From a virus (taxonomy: Duplodnaviria > Caudoviricetes), in the IMG/VR virus record IMGVR_UViG_2773857663_000001, positions 1 through 64,000 of that record: a DNA stretch of 64,000 nt; one strand, given 5' to 3'. Each line of letters starts with the position of its first letter. The stretch's first letter is position 1. The position numbers and the translations under genes are program-made. The notes beneath the pieces are model-generated. The model had not been told where the DNA came from. It did not search any database and saw nothing but the letters and a program-made list of their open reading frames with translations. Below, piece after piece: positions 60,501 to 64,000 of the stretch.

Positions 60501-63110
60501 CACTTTATCACGTTCGACATTACGGAGTACGTGAATGATGCGTACCTGACCCGTAATACAGATTTGAGGTTCTATGTAGTCTCTATGGACGAGACTGAGG
60601 GTGGGGAGACATGGTACTTCTCAAGGGAGTCTGGAAAGGAAGTCACACCGAAGGTTGAGGTTACTTACTTCGACAGCACTCCGGTAAGCTACGGTCGCTC
60701 CGAGCTGCCTTCCTCCATCGGGATTATCAGTTCCGTTGTCAAGCACGACACGCCATCGAAGATTAAAGTCGTTCCACCACTGGATTGGATTTTGGTTGAC
60801 AGACCGAACATCACTCTCCACGCTTGGGATAACGGGGCTCAAGACGGCGATATTGTTAACATCTACATTACCAACAGCAAGTACCCTGAGCGTAAGTTGC
60901 TCAAGGAAAACTGGCTCATGCACATCCCTGCTAACATCAATATCATGGACTACCTTGACATTGAATTAGAAGAAGGCATGAACACCATCTACTACGAAGG
61001 TGTATCGAACGGTAGTGCAGGTTCGGCGCTTACGTCCGCTATAAGGTGGCAGGAGTACGGAAGCAGAATCCATAACGCAGCATTCCCACCACTCATGGTG
61101 AAAGATGTAGGTAGCCACTGGATTCCAAGAACCAGCAACGAGTTTGAAGCCAGCATTGCCGCAACTTCAGGTACTATTGTTAACGGTAGATGGCAAGACC
61201 CTAAACCTTATCGCACATGGAAGATTGTACGTCCGTCTCATAGAGATGTGCCTTCTAGCCTTGAGGTTACACGGAACAACTGGTTAGCGTCGAGCATGAC
61301 GGTTTCTACCCCTGATAAACAGAGTAATCTGACTGTACGGCGTAGTAGCCTATCGGAAATCCCATCGAGCATTAATGCAAGAAGCTTGAACTTTATTGAA
61401 CTGGAAGGTCTGGTTGCGGTATCGAGACCTGACCTTGGCGCTTCGCTGTATGTCAATAACAGATACGATATTCCGTCCACGATTCGTCCAAGGGTAGTAG
61501 GGGAAGCGGAACTGCAAACGTTCATCCAAGTCTCTAGGGGCGACATGGGCGGCTCGGTAGTGGTAACTCCTGCTTATAGCGTGGATTCCAGTGTTATCGT
61601 AAGGGTAGCAAGAGATTCGGATATCTTGTCTTTGATTGCGGTAAGCAAGCCTGACATTGAGGGGTCAATCGACATTCTGGAACGGAATGACCTTCCTTCC
61701 ACCATCACTGTCTCGACCAAAATCCATAAAGATACCGCTGGCGTGATTATCGTAAACAGCCCTAACCTTGTGTCTGACGTTTACGTTCTCAATAGATTCG
61801 ACATTCTGTCTGTAATCGGTGTTCCTTTCAACGAAGAGGATATGCTGGCGGGGAGCATCGTAGTCAGTCGCCCAGACCTGATCGAAACCATCTATGTCTT
61901 GTACAGAGATGACATTGACGGTAGAGTTAGGGTTAAGGCGGCACGAGATAATGATATTCCTTTCTCTATTCATGTTCGTGACCGTTATGATAAACTATCT
62001 AGCCTTGAAGTCATTGGGGCAAGCATGTTACCGTCCAGTATCCAAGTTCTATCCGGTTGGCTTGCAAGTACAATCAAAGTACCAACGTACATGTATGACG
62101 ACCTCGACAGCGTAATCACGGTACGCTGGTCGCAAGAGGAAGACATTGAATCGGTAATCAATGTTACACACCGATTTGATACGCCGTCAATGGTTATCGT
62201 AAAGAGGGAAGACAGCAGTGATACTGATGGGGACCTGACGGTTCGTAGAACTGATTGGGATGAAGTACCATCGACCATCTTTGTTCGTCAGTTGCTTGAC
62301 ACACCGTCCACGGTTGTAGCTAGACAGTCCGATTTGTACGACATTCCTGCGAACCTGTGGGTACTCGAACGGGGCGATCTGCCAGGGACAGTTTATGTGC
62401 GGTATCGCTCGGACTTGACCGGAAGTATTACGGTAAGACGTAGTGACATTTCTGATATCCCTGCAAACGTCCATGCACGGGGCAGAATGGTTAGCAACAT
62501 CCCTTCGAGCATCAACGTAATGTATAGAGGAAACTCTGACCTACGTTCTCGGATTGCAGTACCGCCACACAACAAGATGACGGCTAAGGTCTTCATTATC
62601 CCTGTGGGCGACTCGGACATTGTGTGCTCCATCACCGTTCGTCAGTTCGGAGACAGTGACCTGCTTTCGAGCATCGCCGTTAGAAGAACAGACAACTACG
62701 ATATGGTCAGCACCATCACCGTAAGACATACGGACAACAGCGATATTCCTTCTACGATTGATGTATGGGAGAAGTCCTTGCTTCCTTCTGAAGTAGCCGT
62801 AAGGCGAACAGAGTACAGCGACCTTCCTACATTCATCACCGTACACGAAGTGAGTGACCTGCCAAGTACGATTACGGCGAGACGCACAGAGTGGAGTGAA
62901 ATCCCAAGTACCATCGTCGCAAGGCAGTTCGGTGACAGTGACCTCAAGTCCTCCATCAGAGTTGCCCAATCTGTAAATGTTGACCTCCCTAGTACAATTG
63001 ACGTTTGGTATTTTAGAACTATCCCATCCAGTATTTATGTACTATACCACGCTGACGTTACTGGTTCTATTGAGGTAATCGCAGACTACGGATACTGCTT
63101 CATTATGTAA
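54597..63110 (+). CDS. Giant fibre protein (2837 aa): Gly-rich domain, LamG, discoidin-like, two DNRLRE/CBM96-like domains, short beta repeats
   Basis: EAWGAQG...GGKGA; WVHIAFS...YENG; APKSWTIEAS; two RDA.VR...P..NYG.E..L...E.GVTW domains; many D(I/L)PS(S/T)I.V repeats. Confidence 0.85.
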   Translation: MAYLTYYFTNAGVTGRTGGTQAQFDSAYSNSLLKGQVTVYSGIQEWVVPLAGTYQLEAWGAQGSGGNGNTTSGGKGAYVKSEVFLNAGDILYILVGQAGTYNGASVSDGSGGGGGGASIIARKLVAGGYNMTVTGLSGTRVEPLIVAAGGGGSNDGRYRSPINGTSGVGTPYGGNLANQNLFTTSFLNGGGGTTYSRGGSTGNGGFGGGTVADDNQSPGGGWYQASFTAYSYYTGDNVVTSNGNRSGQGAVTITRLNTPPMITGELKDGHVVKATIQEVDGHEVSYRILVNREQVFPKNKEWTDFALAPVEIEFDITGIMLTNSGSNMITIEYKDTIETGTPLYLLIPQYNMVSSIDAKQINEIPSSLEILNKDDFDGVVDIYTPNKWYEGGYIVNDQSTVLNWTRGTVSNGQWTDSIGASTVTATYRYPWQYVQGTPIELEFHYNVASYGSNYYAELNMGLLHIYFHRDIDDFIQVRSGTGWIKHIVAANFTKGNNIWKLVYGKEGDYTVYRNGEFVVSGKAVPPATMNVTPTSVINNEQVYIDYFTVKALPYGLYDARSSVYPLYRSDMDTYYDVVSDYGYDDQRYLVFNGSNTEITFAKDWGTTGQGIDPITVEGWFWFDSGRTTNCIWGHNTASGANTLLLGVWGGQYNIDTNNGMTTTYGDRAFSLYNQWVHIAFSMDGTVASIYENGVLRWKGIVGARGTYNRNPQIGQDYDNSSKTDYFKGRMRDFRVWNEARTEEQVNRYMNTWVMGIEPHLMVNLPFNDATGSVVKDKTRRAYNGTVLGTPVWGGNYAYTHKLRSSINVVIRGDASLNSSLTVNPNPNYMKEFTDPDNRVDITPTMSADTVGAYRVVASSVLSTTYSAFKAFNHTVTGTGDSWLTPVANMPATLDFYFPEGELNQVTGYAINMTRSYTEAPKSWTIEASHDRGATWRVIHAVVDDARTTTGWRYYNVPAQYEGYNALRIKVTNNMGSNSYVSINEMYYFASDYRYGYQMPSSAIVSERSNLSSWLYANTGTSYDGEKYGSERTSYITARQGVNNDIKSRVAVTLGNTAIGEVEIIGLLHDYLPSSIQVNEITEFEGSIKARQTEYDEIDSSLTVVRYDDSEIKGWIQTRYNNDVPSALKIRAGNKMSALVNIAQPISTTVKYNPLRDAFVRSALPKINYGSEQSLVAGFGASRNEIYRSLFAFDVSPVVNLPEGFEVSKAELRLKYAKGSAKPTKDLRLYTALAEWAELGVTWDNRPEMGEEVDGAGTYTVNEADAYIAFNLTDLIVGKRDEQDPSVNLYLKAVEEIGQALYFYSKEMGVDYSPELVVTYIDYRIWSYDKSEITASIYPKKRANKDVKSFLKVKGIAGTLELPSSLHVLQPGERESSIAVNRPDMSTSIEIRQSDKDIINSSLTIREVGIFDFADIVVMVTQPNMHGTIIVPHHKDTPASLSVRLDGYDEIITWMTASQPSMVSTIYVTPYVDWAGSVTVRHSDESLIDGNMVVSTPDRAGMVFVPYTEDLASSIIVKNTTDFDTPSTFMVSRDFIFNTIEVLNRYDKVSKIRARREDESEICGALNVSWRRIPSSIFVRGRNDITSTLTVRNEDHAEADSLIVISRPDFAGGIQPRIFIELQGTASVQRTEGDDQNSSLYVLERKNIPSKMDIVGASMIPSSIHVLSGYLNSHIRVPNYGHSDIPSSLTPRLRGASDIPTTIFVVSNSNLPSTVIARRKEVSDIPTQVVARQNEDDDIPSTINTLQFSLIDGSIAVRREASDDVPSSTYILHHKEIKGRLFVRGYSNLPSSILAVIRDNYDVPSSIYPKSRDVSDIPTALDIKFRGKSGLKAKVGVSYTGRMKAIVDVTPPKRTTHFATAVKDAYVREGIPTLNYGAEASLVIGSKVSGGDRFRTLLGFDISQVPQHQDVESVVLKLHYSPSSPAPTKKYRVLVTKDFDEYGVTWKNQPSVIREVTLDSNNYAVNSQEHFITFDITEYVNDAYLTRNTDLRFYVVSMDETEGGETWYFSRESGKEVTPKVEVTYFDSTPVSYGRSELPSSIGIISSVVKHDTPSKIKVVPPLDWILVDRPNITLHAWDNGAQDGDIVNIYITNSKYPERKLLKENWLMHIPANINIMDYLDIELEEGMNTIYYEGVSNGSAGSALTSAIRWQEYGSRIHNAAFPPLMVKDVGSHWIPRTSNEFEASIAATSGTIVNGRWQDPKPYRTWKIVRPSHRDVPSSLEVTRNNWLASSMTVSTPDKQSNLTVRRSSLSEIPSSINARSLNFIELEGLVAVSRPDLGASLYVNNRYDIPSTIRPRVVGEAELQTFIQVSRGDMGGSVVVTPAYSVDSSVIVRVARDSDILSLIAVSKPDIEGSIDILERNDLPSTITVSTKIHKDTAGVIIVNSPNLVSDVYVLNRFDILSVIGVPFNEEDMLAGSIVVSRPDLIETIYVLYRDDIDGRVRVKAARDNDIPFSIHVRDRYDKLSSLEVIGASMLPSSIQVLSGWLASTIKVPTYMYDDLDSVITVRWSQEEDIESVINVTHRFDTPSMVIVKREDSSDTDGDLTVRRTDWDEVPSTIFVRQLLDTPSTVVARQSDLYDIPANLWVLERGDLPGTVYVRYRSDLTGSITVRRSDISDIPANVHARGRMVSNIPSSINVMYRGNSDLRSRIAVPPHNKMTAKVFIIPVGDSDIVCSITVRQFGDSDLLSSIAVRRTDNYDMVSTITVRHTDNSDIPSTIDVWEKSLLPSEVAVRRTEYSDLPTFITVHEVSDLPSTITARRTEWSEIPSTIVARQFGDSDLKSSIRVAQSVNVDLPSTIDVWYFRTIPSSIYVLYHADVTGSIEVIADYGYCFIM

Positions 63111-63118
63111 TGAAGAAG

Positions 63119-63149
63119 CCCCTACCTTACTCGGTAGGGGTTATTTTTT
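63119..63149 (+). terminator. Intrinsic terminator
   Basis: CCCCTACC-ttactc-GGTAGGGG-TTATTTTTT. Confidence 0.8.
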
Positions 63150-63161
63150 GCCCAAAATTAC

Positions 63162-64000
63162 CTATATTGTAGTTGCAAGAGGATGGAACTTCCTAAATGT
63201 TTCCTGCTTATTTTTCTGAGATACCTTGGCATAAATCTTGGTTGTGGCGATTCCGCGTGACCAAGATACTCCTGAACGAGAGCCATGTCGCAACCAGCGT
63301 TAAGCATGTGAGTAGTAAAGCTGTGACGGAAGACGTGGGGGCTGACGTTCTTAGAGTCAACACCTGACCGTGCGGCGATTCTCTTAACAATCTTGTAGAT
63401 GCTCTTCCTAGACATAGGGACAGTCTTATCAAGCTTGCTAGGAAGCAACCATCCCGATGTAATGCCGTTCTTCTTCATGAACATCTTGACTCTGATAAGG
63501 GTGTTATCGTGGATAGGGTTGATCCACTCAACATCGCCTTTACCTTCGATGCGAATACTCTTTGGCTCGAAGTCCATGTTCTCTAACTGGTTGGGGGCAG
63601 TCTCGCTGACACGGAATCCAAGACCGTACAGGAGTTCAAGAATCATTTGGTCTATCAGTCGATGCTCGGACGCTGTGTCGATCAAGGCAGTTACCTCAGC
63701 TTCAGAGAATGCTTTAGATAGAGACTTTTCTTTTTCACCGCACTTTACTTGGGCGGCTGGTGACACCTGAATAACTCTCTCGATTTCTACGAGAAACTTG
63801 AAGAAGGATTTCAGGGCACACAACATTCTATTAATAGTAGACCTTGCACTACCAAGAACGTCGAGATGCGCTATTTATTTTCTAATATGGGATGACTCGG
63901 TGGCTGTAATGTCAGAAGGAGTTGTTTCGACAGAAAGAAAGCCTTTGATATTCCGTTCGTAACTTTCTAGGGTCAATTCGGATGAGTTCTTATCTGTGTG
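63162..64000 (-). pseudogene. XerC/D-like tyrosine recombinase pseudogene (5' end outside the window)
   Basis: LYGLGFRVSE, GKG, SPHVFRHSF and LGH motifs. In-frame TAA at 63875-63877; frameshift after LGHA moves IATTKIY (catalytic Tyr) out of frame. Confidence 0.9.

Larger units (their letters stand above)
18142..64000. mobile_element. Defective large siphophage-derived element retaining only tail/fibre genes
   Basis: GC shift; tRNA relics, decayed replication and recombinase genes; intact tail operon. Confidence 0.8.

Noticed and set aside
21596-63110. Numerous short antisense and alternate-frame ORFs
   Set aside because: Shadows of long + strand genes; no SD or recognisable motifs.
49604-63110. 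Diversity-generating retroelement or shufflon acting on fibre genes
   Set aside because: No reverse transcriptase, no near-identical TR/VR pair and no inverted cassettes seen; the adjacent recombinase is a pseudogene.
63158-63826. Functional 222-aa integrase as listed in the ORF track
   Set aside because: Upstream in-frame stop and a frameshift removing the catalytic Tyr.

Overview
Paenibacillus-like chromosomal window with two parts. (1) 1-18.1 kb is AT-rich accessory DNA. It holds a candidate toxin / DUF6575-like / SecB-like chaperone triad, a CoiA-like pseudogene, an RRNPP (Alo-type) receptor + propeptide + Spo0E-like quorum-sensing cassette, shuffled membrane/secreted cargo genes, SRAP and a LexA-boxed yolD operon. 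It ends at a displaced 3' end of glnA (att-like site, 18050-18100). (2) 18.1-64 kb is a visibly GC-richer relic of a large temperate siphophage. Its tRNA cluster, replication/HTH gene, probable terminase and tyrosine recombinase are decayed, and no portal, capsid, sheath or lysis gene is recognisable. In contrast, about 42 kb of co-oriented tail/baseplate/fibre genes (21 ORFs, up to 2837 aa) are intact, including SLH-domain proteins, an M23+3D hub protein and glycan-binding fibres. Best candidate for a new system: a domesticated, headless, non-contractile tail/fibre particle. All family assignments are from motif recognition by eye; no database search was run.
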